From Balanoglossus misakiensis (Eukaryota; Animalia; Hemichordata): a stretch of 64,000 nucleotides of DNA. The notes under the pieces are model-generated. The model searched no databases. It was not told where the DNA came from and worked only from the letters and a program-made list of their open reading frames with translations. Position 1 is the stretch's first letter, and each line of letters starts with the position of its first letter. The stretch is taken from the NCBI GenBank assembly GCA_040954595.2, contig CM082591.2, forward strand, positions 2,904,259 to 2,968,258, written 5' to 3'. This document shows, piece after piece, positions 1-14,277 of the stretch. Both the position numbers and the translations under genes were made by a program.

Positions 1-3000
1 AAGTCGAAAAATTGACATTTCTGGATGATTTTCCATGAGCTATAACCCATGGTTTTTGTCGAAAAAACCACCAAATTTTGAATTTCGCGAAGTCGAAAAA
101 TTGACATTTCTGGATGATTTTCATGAGCTATAACCCATGGTTTTTGTCGAAAAACCACCAAATTTTGAAATTTCGCGAAGTCGAAAAATTGACATTTCCT
201 GGATGATTTTCATGAGCTATAACCCATGGTTTTTGTCGAAAAACCACCAAATTTTGAAATTTCGCGAAGTCGAAAAATTGACATTTCTGGATGATTTTCA
301 TGAGCTATAACCCATGGTTTTTAGTCGAAAAACCACCAAATTTTGAAATTTCGCGAAGTCGAAAATTGACATTTCTGGATGATTTTCATGAGCTATAACC
401 CATGGTTTTTGTCGAAAAACCACCAAATTTTGAAATTTCGCGAAGTCGAAAAATTGACATTTCTGGATGATTTTCATGAGCTATAACCCATGGGTTTTTG
501 TCGAAAAACCACCAAATTTTGAAATTTTCGCGAAGTCGAAAAATTGACATTTCTGGATGATTTTCATGAGCTATAACCCATGGTTTTTGTCGAAAAACCA
601 CCAAATTTTGAAATTTCGCGAAGTCGAAAAATTGACATTTCTGGATGATTTTCATGAGCTATAACCCATGGTTTTTGTCGAAAAACCACCAAATTTTGAA
701 ATTTCGCGAAGTCGAAAAATTGACATTTCTGGATGATTTTCATGAGCTATACCCATGGTTTTTGTCGAAAAACCACCAAATTTTGAAATTTCGCGAAGTC
801 GAAAAATTGACATTTCTGGATGATTTTCATGAGCTATAACCCATGGTTTTTGTCGAAAAACCACCAAATTTTGAAATTTCGCGAAGTCGAAAAATTGACA
901 TTTCTGGATGATTTTCATGAGCTATAACCCATGGTTTTTGTCGAAAAACCACCAAATTTTGAAATTTCGCGAAGTCGAAAAATTGACATTTCTGGATGAT
1001 TTTCATGAGCTATAACCCATGGTTTTTGTCGAAAAACCACCAAATTTTGAAATTTCGCGAAGTCGAAAAATTGACATTTCTGGATGATTTTCATGAGCTA
1101 TAACCCATGGTTTTTGTCGAAAAACCACCAAATTTTGAAATTTCGCGAAGTCGAAAAATTGACATTTCTGGATGATTTTCATGAGCTATAACCCATGGTT
1201 TTTGTCGAAAAACCACCAAATTTTGAAAATTCGCGAAGTCGAAAAATTGACATTTCTGGATGATTTTCATGAGCTATAACCCATGGTTTTTGTCGAAAAA
1301 CCACCAAATTTTGAAATTTCGCGAAGTCGAAAAATTGACATTTCTGGATGATTTTCATGAGCTATAACCCATGGTTTTTGTCGAAAAACCACCAAATTTT
1401 GAAATTTCGCGAAGTCGAAAAATTGACATTTCTGGATGATTTTCATGAGCTATAACCCATGGTTTTTGTCGAAAAACCACCAAATTTTGAAATTTCGCGA
1501 AGTCGAAAAATTGACATTTCTGGATGATTTTCATGAGCTATAACCCATGGTTTTTGTCGAAAAACCACCAAATTTTGAAATTTCGCGAAGTCGAAAAATT
1601 GACATTTCTGGATGATTTTCATGAGCTATAACCCATGGTTTTTGTCGAAAAACCACCAAATTTTGAAATTTCGCGAAGTGGAAAAATTGACATTTCTGGA
1701 TGATTTTCATGAGCTATAACCCATGGTTTTTGTCGAAAAACCACCAAATTTTGAAATTTCGCGAAGTCGAAAAATTGACATTTCTGGATGATTTTCATGA
1801 GCTATAACCCATGGTTTTGTCGAAAAACCACCAAATTTTGAAATTTCGCGAAGTCGAAAAATTGACATTTCTGGATGATTTTCATGAGCTATAACCCATG
1901 GTTTTTGTCGAAAAACCACCAAATTTTGAAATTTCGCGAAGTCGAAAAATTGACATTTCTGGATGATTTTCATGAGCTATAACCCATGGTTTTTGTCGAA
2001 AAACCACCAAATTTTGAAATTTCGCGAAGTCGAAAAATTGACATTTCTGGATGATTTTCATGAGCTATAACCCATGGTTTTTGTCGAAAAACCACCAAAT
2101 TTTGAAATTTCGCGAAGTCGAAAAATTGACATTTCTGGATGATTTTCATGAGCTATAACCCATGGTTTTTGTCGAAAAACCACCAAATTTTGAAATTTCG
2201 CGAAGTCGAAAAATTGACATTTCTGGATGATTTTCATGAGCTATAACCCATGGTTTTTGTCGAAAAACCACCAAATTTTGAAATTTCGCGAAGTCGAAAA
2301 ATTGACATTTCTGGATGATTTTCATGAGCTATAACCCATGGTTTTTGTCGAAAAACCACCAAATTTTGAAATTTCGCGAAGTCGAAAAATTGACATTTCT
2401 GGATGATTTTCATGAGCTATAACCCATGGTTTTTGTCGAAAAACCACCAAATTTTGAAATTTCGCGAAGTCGAAAAATTGACATTTCTGGATGATTTTCA
2501 TGAGCTATAACCCATGGTTTTTGTCGAAAAACCACCAAATTTTGAAATTTCGCGAAGTCGAAAAATTGACATTTCTGGATGATTTTCATGAGCTATAACC
2601 CATGGTTTTTGTCGAAAAACCACCAAATTTTGAAATTTCGCGAAGTCGAAAAATTGACATTTCTGGATGATTTTCATGAGCTATAACCCATGGTTTTTGT
2701 CGAAAAACCACCAAATTTTGAAATTTCGCGAAGTCGAAAAATTGACATTTCTGGATGATTTTCATGAGCTATAACCCATGGTTTTTGTCGAAAAACCACC
2801 AAATTTTGAAATTTCGCGAAGTCGAAAAATTGACATTTCTGGATGATTTTCATGAGCTATAACCCATGGTTTTTGTCGAAAAACCACCAAATTTTGAAAT
2901 TTCGCGAAGTCGAAAAATTGACATTTCTGGATGATTTTCATGAGCTATAACCCATGGTTTTTGTCGAAAAACCACCAAATTTTGAAATTTCGCGAAGTCG

Positions 3001-6000
3001 AAAAATTGACATTTCTGGATGATTTTCATGAGCTATAACCCATGGTTTTTGTCGAAAAACCACCAAATTTTGAAATTTCGCGAAGTCGAAAAATTGACAT
3101 TTCTGGATGATTTTCATGAGCTATAACCCATGGTTTTTGTCGAAAAACCACCAAATTTTGAAATTTCGCGAAGTCGAAAAATTGACATTTCTGGATGATT
3201 TTCATGAGCTATAACCCATGGTTTTTGTCGAAAAACCACCAAATTTTGAAATTTCGCGAAGTCGAAAAATTGACATTTCTGGATGATTTTCATGAGCTAT
3301 AACCCATGGTTTTTGTCGAAAAACCACCAAATTTTGAAATTTCGCGAAGTCGAAAAATTGACATTTCTGGATGATTTTCATGAGCTATAACCCATGGTTT
3401 TTGTCGAAAAACCACCAAATTTTGAAATTTCGCGAAGTCGAAAAATTGACATTTCTGGATGATTTTCATGAGCTATAACCCATGGTTTTTGTCGAAAAAC
3501 CACCAAATTTTGAAATTTCGCGAAGTCGAAAAATTGACATTTCTGGATGATTTTCATGAGCTATAACCCATGGTTTTTGTCGAAAAACCACCAAATTTTG
3601 AAATTTCGCGAAGTCGAAAAATTGACATTTCTGGATGATTTTCATGAGCTATAACCCATGGTTTTTGTCGAAAAACCACCAAATTTTGAAATTTCGCGAA
3701 GTCGAAAAATTGACATTTCTGGATGATTTTCATGAGCTATAACCCATGGTTTTTGTCGAAAAACCACCAAATTTTGAAATTCGCGAAGTCGAAAAATTGA
3801 CATTTCTGGATGATTTTCATGAGCTATAACCCATGGTTTTTGTCGAAAAACCACCAAATTTTGAAATTTCGCGAAGTCGAAAAATTGACATTTCTGGATG
3901 ATTTTCATGAGCTATAACCCATGGTTTTTGTCGAAAAACCACCAAATTTTGAAATTTCGCGAAGTCGAAAAATTGACATTTCTGGATGATTTTCATGAGC
4001 TATAACCCATGGTTTTTGTCGAAAAACCACCAAATTTTGAAATTTCGCGAAGTCGAAAAATTGACATTTCTGGATGATTTTCATGAGCTATAACCCATGG
4101 TTTTTGTCGAAAAACCACCAAATTTTGAAATTTCGCGAAGTCGAAAAATTGACATTTCTGGATGATTTTCATGAGCTATAACCCATGGTTTTTGTCGAAA
4201 AACCACCAAATTTTGAAATTTCGCGAAGTGGAAAAATTGACATTTCTGGATGATTTTCATGAGCTATAACCCATGGTTTTTGTCGAAAAACCACCAAATT
4301 TTGAAAATTTCGCGAAGTCGAAAAATTGACATTTCTGGGTGATTTTCATGAGCTATAACCCATGGTTTTTGTCGAAAAACCACCAAATTTTGAAATTTCG
4401 CGAAGTGGAAAAATTGACATTTCTGGATGATTTTCATGAGCTATAACCCATGGTTTTTGTCGAAAAACCACCAAATTTTGAAATTTCGCGAAGTCGAAAA
4501 ATTGACATTTCTGGATGATTTTCATGAGCTATAACCCATGGTTTTTGTCGAAATACCACCAAATTTTGAAATTTCGCGAAGTCGAAAAATTGACATTTCT
4601 GGATGATTTTCATGAGCTATAACCCATGGTTTTTGTCGAAAAACCACCAAATTTTGAAATTTCGCGAAGTCGAAAAATTGACATTTCTGGATGATTTTCA
4701 TGAGCTATAACCCATGGTTTTTGTCGAAAAACCACCAAATTTTGAAATTTCGCGAAGTCGAAAAATTGACATTTCTGGATGATTTTCATGAGCTATAACC
4801 CATGGTTTTTGTCGAAAAACCACCAAATTTTGAAATTTCGCGAAGTCGAAAAATTGACATTTCTGGATGATTGTCATGAGCTATAACCCATGGTTTTTGT
4901 CGAAAAACCACCAAATTTTGAAATTTCGCGAAGTCGAAAAATTGACATTTCTGGATGATTTTCATGAGCTATAACCCATGGTTTTTGTCGAAAAACCACC
5001 AAATTTTGAAAATTCGCGAAGTCGAAAAATTGACATTTCTGGATGATTTTCATGAGCTATAACCCATGGTTTTTGTCGAAAAACCACCAAATTTTGAAAT
5101 TTCGCGAAGTGAAAAATTGACATTTCTGGATGATTTTCATGAGCTATAACCCATGGTTTTTGTCGAAAAACCACCAAATTTTGAAATTTCGCGAAGTCGA
5201 AAAATTGACATTTCTGGATGATTTTCATGAGCTATAACCCATGGTTTTTGTCGAAAAACCACCAAATTTTGAAATTTCGCGAAGTCGAAAAATTGACATT
5301 TCTGGATGATTTTCATGAGCTATAACCCATGGTTTTTGTCGAAAAAGCACCAAATTTTGAAATTTCGCGAAGTCGAAAAATTGACATTTCTGGATGATTT
5401 TCATGAGCTATAACCCATGGTTTTTGTCGAAAAAGCACCAAATTTTGAAATTTCGCGAAGTCGAAAAATTGACATTTCTGGATGATTTTCATGAGCTATA
5501 ACCCATGGTTTTTGTCGAAAAAGCACCAAAGTTTGAAATTTCGCGAAGTCGAAAAATTGACATTTCTGGATGATTTTCATGAGCTATAACCCATGGTTTT
5601 TGTCGAAAAAGCACCAAATTTTGAAATTTCGCGAAATCGAAAAATTGACATTTCTGGATGATTTTCATGAGCTATAACCCATGGTTTTTGTCGAAAAACC
5701 ACCAAATTTTGAAATTTCGCGAAGTCGAAAAATTGACATTTCTGGATGATTTTCATGAGCTATAACCCATGGTTTTTGTCGAAATACCACCAAATTTTGA
5801 AATTTCGCGAAGTCGAAAAATTGACATTTCTGGATGATTTTCATGAGATATAACCCATGGTTTTTGTCGAAAAACCACCAAATTTTGAAATTTCGCGAAG
5901 TCGAAAAATTGACATTTTCTGGATGATTTTCATGAGCTATAACCCATGGTTTTTGTCGAAAAACCACCAAATTTTGAAATTTCGCGAAGTCGAAAAATTG

Positions 6001-9000
6001 ACATTTCTGGATGATTTTCATGAGCTATAACCCATGGTTTTTGTCGAAAAACCACCAAATTTTGAAATTTCGCGAAGTCGAAAAATTGACATTTCTGGAT
6101 GATTTTCATGAGCTATAACCCATGGTTTTTGTCAAAAAACCACCAAATTTTGAAAATTCGCGAAGTCGAAAAATTGACATTTCTGGATGATTTTCATGAG
6201 CTATAACCCATGGTTTTTGTCGAAAAACCACCAAATTTTGAAATTTCGCGAAGTCGAAAAATTGACATTTCTGGATGATTTTCATGAGCTATAACCCATG
6301 GTTTTTGTCGAAAAACCACCAAATTTTGAAATTTCGCGAAGTCGAAAAATTGACATTTCTGGATGATTTTCATGGAGCTATAACCCATGGTTTTTGTCGA
6401 AATACCACCAAATTTTGAAATTTCGCGAAGTCGAAAAATTGACATTTCTGGATGATTTTCATGAGCTATAACCCATGGTTTTTGTCGAAAAACCACCAAA
6501 TTTTGAAATTTCGCGAAGTCGAAAAATTGACATTTCTGGATGATTTTCATGAGCTATAACCCATGGTTTTTGTCGAAAAACCACCAAATTTTGAAATTTC
6601 GCGAAGTCGAAAATTGACATTTCTGGATGATTTTCATGAGCTATAACCCATGGTTTTTGTCGAAAAACCACCAAATTTTGAAATTTCGCGAAGTCGAAAA
6701 ATTGACATTTCTGGATGATTTTCATGAGCTATAACCCATGGTTTTTGTCGAAAAACCACCAAATTTTGAAATTTCGCGAAGTCGAAAAATTGACATTTCT
6801 GGATGATTTTCATGAGCTATAACCCATGGTTTTTGTCGAAAAACCACCAAAGTTTTGAAATTTCGCGAAGTCGAAAAATTGACATTTCTGGATGATTTTC
6901 ATGAGCTATAACCCATGGTTTTTGTCGAAAAACCACCAAGATTTTGAAATTTCGCGAAGTCGAAAAATTGACATTTCTGGATGATTTTCATGAGCTATAA
7001 CCCATGGTTTTTGTCGAAAAACCACCAAGTTTTGAAATTTCGCGAAGTCGAAAAATTGACATTTCTGGATGATTTTCATGAGCTATAACCCATGGTTTTT
7101 GTCGAAAAACCACCAAATTTTGAAATTTCGCGAAGTCGAAAATTGACATTTCTGGATGATTTTCATGAGCTATAACCCATGGTTTTTGTCGAAAAACCAC
7201 CAAATTTTGAAATTTCGCGAAGTCGAAAAATTGACATTTCTGGATGATTTTCATGAGCTATAACCCATGGTTTTTGTCGAAAAACCACCAAATTTTGAAA
7301 TTTCGCGAAGTCGAAAAATTGACATTTCTGGATGATTTTCATGAGCTATAACCCATGGTTTTTGTCGAAAAACCACCAAATTTTGAAATTTCGCGAAGTC
7401 GAAAAATTGACATTTCTGGATGATTTTCATGAGCTATAACCCATGGTTTTTGTCGAAAAACCACCAAATTTTGAAATTTCGCGAAGTCGAAAAATTGACA
7501 TTTCTGGATGATTTTCATGAGCTATAACCCATGGTTTTTGTCGAAAAACCACCAAATTTTGAAATTTCGCGAAGTCGAAAAATTGACATTTCTGGATGAT
7601 TTTCATGAGCTATAACCCATGGTTTTTGTCGAAAAACCACCAAATTTTGAAATTTCGCGAAGTCGAAAAATTGACATTTCTGGATGATTTTCATGAGCTA
7701 TAACCCATGGTTTTTGTCGAAAAACCACCAAATTTTGAAATTTCGCGAAGTGGAAAAATTGACATTTCTGGATGATTTTCATGAGCTATAACCCATGGTT
7801 TTTGTCGAAAAACCACCAAATTTTGAAATTTCGCGAAGTCGAAAAATTGACATTTCTGGATGATTTTCATGAGCTATAACCCATGGTTTTTGTCGAAAAA
7901 CCACCAAATTTTGAAATTTCGCGAAGTCGAAAAATTGACATTTCTGGATGATTTTCATGAGCTATAACCCATGGTTTTTGTCGAAAAACCACCAAATTTT
8001 GAAATTTCGCGAAGTCGAAAAATTGACATTTCTGGATGATTTTCATGAGCTATAACCCATGGTTTTTGTCGAAAAACCACCAAATTTTGAAATTTCGCGA
8101 AGTCGAAAAATTGACATTTCTGGATGATTTTCATGAGCTATAACCCATGGTTTTTGTCGAAAAACCACCAAATTTTGAAATTTCGCGAAGTCGAAAAATT
8201 GACATTTCTGGATGATTTTCATGAGCTATAACCCATGGTTTTTGTCGAAAAACCACCAAATTTTGAAATTTCGCGAAGTCGAAAAATTGACATTTCTGGA
8301 TGATTTTCATGAGCTATAACCCATGGTTTTTGTCGAAAAACCACCAAATTTTGAAATTTCGCGAAGTCGAAAAATTGACATTTCTGGATGATTTTCATGA
8401 GCTATAACCCATGGTTTTTGTCGAAAAACCACCAAATTTTGAAATTTCGCGAAGTCGAAAAATTGACATTTCTGGATGATTTTCATGAGCTATAACCCAT
8501 GGTTTTTGTCGAAAAACCACCAAATTTTGAAATTTCGCGAAGTCGAAAAATTGACATTTCTGGATGATTTTCATGAGCTATAACCCATGGTTTTTGTCGA
8601 AAAACCACCAAATTTTGAAATTTCGCGAAGTCGAAAAATTGACATTTCTGGATGATTTTCATGAGCTATAACCCATGGTTTTTGTCGAAAAACCACCAAA
8701 TTTTGAAATTTCGCGAAGTCGAAAAATTGACATTTCTGGATGATTTTCATGAGCTATAACCCATGGTTTTTGTCGAAAAACCACCAAATTTTGAAATTTC
8801 GCGAAGTCGAAAAATTGACATTTCTGGATGATTTTCATGAGCTATAACCCATGGTTTTTGTCGAAAAACCACCAAATTTTGAAATTTCGCGAAGTCGAAA
8901 AATTGACATTTCTGGATGATTTTCATGAGCTATAACCCATGGTTTTTGTCGAAAAACCACCAAATTTTGAAATTTCGCGAAGTCGAAAAATTGACATTTC

Positions 9001-12000
9001 TGGATGATTTTCATGAGCTATAACCCATGGTTTTTGTCGAAAAACCACCAAATTTTGAAAATTTCGCGAAGTCGAAAAATTGACATTTCTGGATGATTTT
9101 CATGAGCTATAACCCATGGTTTTTGTCGAAAAACCACCAAATTTTGAAATTTCGCGAAGTCGAAAAATTGACATTTCTGGATGATTTTCATGAGCTATAA
9201 CCCATGGTTTTTGTCGAAAAACCACCAAATTTTGAAATTTCGCGAAGTCGAAAAATTGACATTTCTGGATGATTTTCATGAGCTATAACCCATGGTTTTT
9301 GTCGAAAAACCACCAAATTTTGAAATTTCGCGAAGTCGAAAAATTGACATTTCTGGATGATTTTCATGAGCTATAACCCATGGTTTTTGTCGAAAAACCA
9401 CCAAATTTTGAAATTTCGCGAAGTCGAAAAATTGACATTTCTGGATGATTTTCATGAGCTATAACCCATGGTTTTTGTCGAAAAACCACCAAATTTTGAA
9501 ATTTCGCGAAGTCGAAAAATTGACATTTCTGGATGATTTTCATGAGCTATAACCCATGGTTTTTGTCGAAAAACCACCAAATTTTGAAATTCGCGAAGTC
9601 GAAAAATTGACATTTCTGGATGATTTTCATGAGCTATAACCCATGGTTTTTGTCGAAAAACCACCAAATTTTGAAATTTCGCGAAGTCGAAAAATTGACA
9701 TTTCTGGATGATTTTCATGAGCTATAACCCATGGTTTTTGTCGAAAAACCACCAAATTTTGAAATTTCGCGAAGTCGAAAAATTGACATTTCTGGATGAT
9801 TTTCATGAGCTATAACCCATGGTTTTTGTCGAAAAACCACCAAATTTTGAAATTTCGCGAAGTCGAAAAATTGACATTTCTGGATGATTTTCATGAGCTA
9901 TAACCCATGGTTTTTGTCGAAAAACCACCAAATTTTGAAATTTCGCGAAGTCGAAAAATTGACATTTCTGGATGATTTTCATGAGCTATAACCCATGGTT
10001 TTTGTCGAAAAACCACCAAATTTTGAAATTTCGCGAAGTCGAAAAATTGACATTTCTGGATGATTTTCATGAGCTATAACCCATGGTTTTTGTCGAAAAA
10101 CCACCAAATTTTGAAATTTCGCGAAGTCGAAAAATTGACATTTCTGGATGATTTTCATGAGCTATAACCCATGGTTTTTGTCGAAAAACCACCAAATTTT
10201 GAAATTTCGCGAAGTCGAAAAATTGACATTTCTGGATGATTTTCATGAGCTATAACCCATGGTTTTTGTCGAAAAACCACCAAATTTTGAAATTTCGCGA
10301 AGTCGAAAAATTGACATTTCTGGATGATTTTCATGAGCTATAACCCATGGTTTTTGTCGAAAAACACCAAATTTTGAAATTTCGCGAAGTCGAAAAATTG
10401 ACATTTCTGGATGATTTTCATGAGCTATAACCCATGGTTTTTGTCGAAAAACCACCAAATTTTGAAATTTCGCGAAGTCGAAAAATTGACATTTCTGGAT
10501 GATTTTCATGAGCTATAACCCATGGTTTTTGTCGAAAAACCACCAAATTTTGAAATTTCGCGAAGTCGAAAAATTGACATTTCTGGATGATTTTCATGAG
10601 CTATAACCCATGGTTTTTGTCGAAAAACCACCAAAGTTTTGAAATTTCGCGAAGTCGAAAAATTGACATTTCTGGATGATTTTCATGAGCTATAACCCAT
10701 GGTTTTTGTCGAAAAACCACCAAATTTTGAAATTTCGCGAAGTCGAAAAATTGACATTTCTGGATGATTTTCATGAGCTATAACCCATGGTTTTTGTCGA
10801 AAAAGCACCAAATTTTGAAATTTCGCGAAGTCGATAAATTGACATTTCTGGATGATTTTCATGAGCTATAACCCATGGTTTTTGTCGAAAAACCACCAAA
10901 TTTTGAAATTTCGCGAAGTCGAAAAATTGACATTTCTGGATGATTTTCATGAGCTATAACCCATGGTTTTTGTCGAAAAACCACCAAATTTTGAAATTTC
11001 GCGAAGTCGAAAAAATTGACATTTCTGGATGATTTTCATGAGCTATAACCCATGGTTTTTGTCGAAAAACCACCAAATTTTGAAATTTCGCGAAGTCGAA
11101 AAATTGACATTTCTGGATGATTTTCATGAGCTATAACCCATGGTTTTTGTCGAAAAACCACCAAATTTTGAAATTTCGCGAAGTCGAAAAATTGACATTT
11201 CTGGATGATTTTCATGAGCTATAACCCATGGTTTTTGTCGAAAAACCACCAAATTTTGAAATTTCGCGAAGTCGAAAAATTGACATTTCTGGATGATTTT
11301 CATGAGCTATAACCCATGGTTTTTGTCGAAAAACCACCAAATTTTGAAATTTCGCGAAGTCGAAAAATTGACATTTCTGGATGATTTTCATGAGCTATAA
11401 CCCATGGTTTTTGTCGAAAAACCACCAAATTTTGAAATTTCGCGAAGTCGAAAATTGACATTTCTGGATGATTTTCATGAGCTATAACCCATGGTTTTTG
11501 TCGAAAAACCACCAAATTTTGAAATTTCGCGAAGTCGAAAAATTGACATTTCTGGGTGATTTTCATGAGCTATAACCCATGGTTTTTGTCGAAAAACCAC
11601 CAAATTTTGAAATTTCGCGAAGTCGAAAAATTGACATTTCTGGATGATTTTCATGAGCTATAACCCATGGTTTTTGTCGAAAAACCACCAAATTTTGAAA
11701 ATTCGCGAAGTCGAAAAATTGACATTTCTGGATGATTTTCATGAGCTATAACCCATGGTTTTTGTCGAAAAAGCCACCAAATTTTGAAATTTCGCGAAGT
11801 CGAAAAATTGACATTTCTGGATGATTTTCATGAGCTATAACCCATGGTTTTTGTCGAAAAAGCACCAAATTTTGAAATTTCGCGAAGTCGAAAAATTGAC
11901 ATTTCTGGATGATTTTCATGAGCTATAACCCATGGTTTTTGTCGAAAAACCACCAAATTTTGAAATTTCGCGAAGTCGAAAAATTGACAGTTCTGGATGA

Positions 12001-14277
12001 TTTTCATGAGCTATAACCCATGGTTTTTGTCGAAAAACCACCAAATTTTGAAATTTCGCGAAGTCGAAAAATTGACATTTCTGGATGATTTTCATGAGCT
12101 ATAACCCATGGTTTTTGTCGAAAAACCACCAAATTTTGAAATTTCGCGAAGTCGAAAAATTGACATTTCTGGATGATTTTCATGAGCTATAACCCATGGT
12201 TTTTGTCGAAAAACCACCAAATTTTGAAATTTCGCGAAGTCGAAAAATTGACATTTCTGGATGATTTTCATGAGCTATAACCCATGGTTTTTGTCGAAAA
12301 AGCACCAAATTTTGAAATTTCGCGAAGTCGAAAAATTGACATTTCTGGATGATTTTCATGAGCTATAACCCATGGTTTTTGTCGAAAAACCACCAAATTT
12401 TGAAATTTCGCGAAGTCGAAAAATTGACATTTCTGGATGATTTTCATGAGCTATAACCCATGGTTTTTGTCGAAAAACCACCAAATTTTGAAATTTCGCG
12501 AAGTCGAAAAATTGACATTTCTGGATGATTTTCATGAGCTATAACCCATGGTTTTTGTCGAAAAACCACCAAATTTTGAAATTTCGCGAAGTCGAAAAAT
12601 TGACATTTCTGGATGATTTTCATGAGCTATAACCCATGGTTTTTGTCGAAAAACCACCAAATTTTGAAATTTCGCGAAGTCGAAAAATTGACATTTCTGG
12701 ATGATTTTCATGAGCTATAACCCATGGTTTTTGTCGAAAAACCACCAAATTTTGAAATTTCGCGAAGTCGAAAAATTGACATTTCTGGATGATTTTCATG
12801 AGCTATAACCCATGGTTTTTGTCGAAAAACCACCAAATTTTGAAAATTCGCGAAGTCGAAAAATTGACATTTCTGGATGATTTTCATGAGCTATAACCCA
12901 TGGTTTTTGTCGAAAAACCACCAAATTTTGAAATTTCGCGAAGTCGAAAAATTGACATTTCTGGATGATTTTCATGAGCTATAACCCATGGTTTTTGTCG
13001 AAAAACCACCAAATTTTGAAATTTCGCGAAGTCGAAAAATTGACATTTCTGGGTGATTTTCATGAGCTATAACCCATGGTTTTTGTCGAAAAACCACCAA
13101 ATTTTGAAATTTCGCGAAGTCGAAAAATTGAAATTTCTGGATGATTTTCATGAGCTATAACCCATGGTTTTTGTCGAAAAACCACCAAATTTTGAAAATT
13201 CGCGAAGTCGAAAAATTGACATTTCTGGATGATTTTCATGAGCTATAACCCATGGTTTTTGTCGAAAAACCACCAAATTTTGAAATTTCGCGAAGTCGAA
13301 AAATTGACATTTCTGGATGATTTTCATGAGCTATAACCCATGGTTTTTGTCGAAAAACCACCAAATTTTGAAATTTCGCGAAGTCGAAAAATTGACATTT
13401 CTGGGTGATTTTCATGAGCTATAACCCATGGTTTTTGTCGAAAAACCACCAAATTTTGAAATTTCGCGAAGTCGAAAAATTGACATTTCTGGATGATTTT
13501 CATGAGCTATAACCCATGGTTTTTGTCGAAAAACCACCAAATTTTGAAATTTCGCGAAGTCGAAAAATTGACATTTCTGGATGATTTTCATGAGCTATAA
13601 CCCATGGTTTTTGTCGAAAAAGCACCAAATTTTGAAATTTCGCGAAGTCGAAAAATTGACATTTCTGGATGATTTTCATGAGCTATAACCCATGGTTTTT
13701 GTCGAAAAACCACCAAATTTTGAAATTTCGCGAAGTCGAAAAATTGACATTTCTGGATGATTTTCATGAGCTATAACCCATGGTTTTTGTCGAAAAACCA
13801 CCAAATTTTGAAATTTCGCGAAGTCGAAAAATTGACATTTCTGGATGATTTTCATGAGCTATAACCAATGGTTTTTGTCGAAAAACCACCAAATTTTGAA
13901 ATTTCGCGAAGTCGAAAAATTGACATTTCTGGATGATTTTCATGAGCTATAACCCATGGTTTTTGTCGAAAAACCACCAAATTTTGAAATTTCGCGAAGT
14001 CGAAAAATTGACAATTCTGGATGATTTTCAGGAGCTATAACCCATGGTTTTTGTCGAAAAACCACCAAATTTTGAAAATTCGCGAAGTCGAAAAATTGAC
14101 ATTTCTGGATGATTTTCATGAGCTATAACCCATGGTTTTTGTCGAAAAACCACCAAATTTTGAAATTTCGCGAAGTCGAAAAATTGACATTTCTGGATGA
14201 TTTTCATGAGCTATAACCCATGGTTTTTGTCGAAAAATCACCAAATTTTGAAATTTCGCGAAGTCGAAAAATTGACA
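1..14277 (+). repeat. 88-bp tandem satellite array, orientation A (~162 monomers, continues past the left window edge)
   Basis: Monomer AAGTCGAAAAATTGACATTTCTGGATGATTTTCATGAGCTATAACCCATGGTTTTTGTCGAAAAACCACCAAATTTTGAAATTTCGCG (88 nt) repeated head-to-tail, with only scattered substitutions and 1-bp indels. Confidence 0.99.

Noticed and set aside
160-190. CENP-B box in the monomer (TTTCGCGAAGTCGAAA)
   Set aside because: It has TTCG but lacks the required A and CGGG of NTTCGNNNNANNCGGGN.
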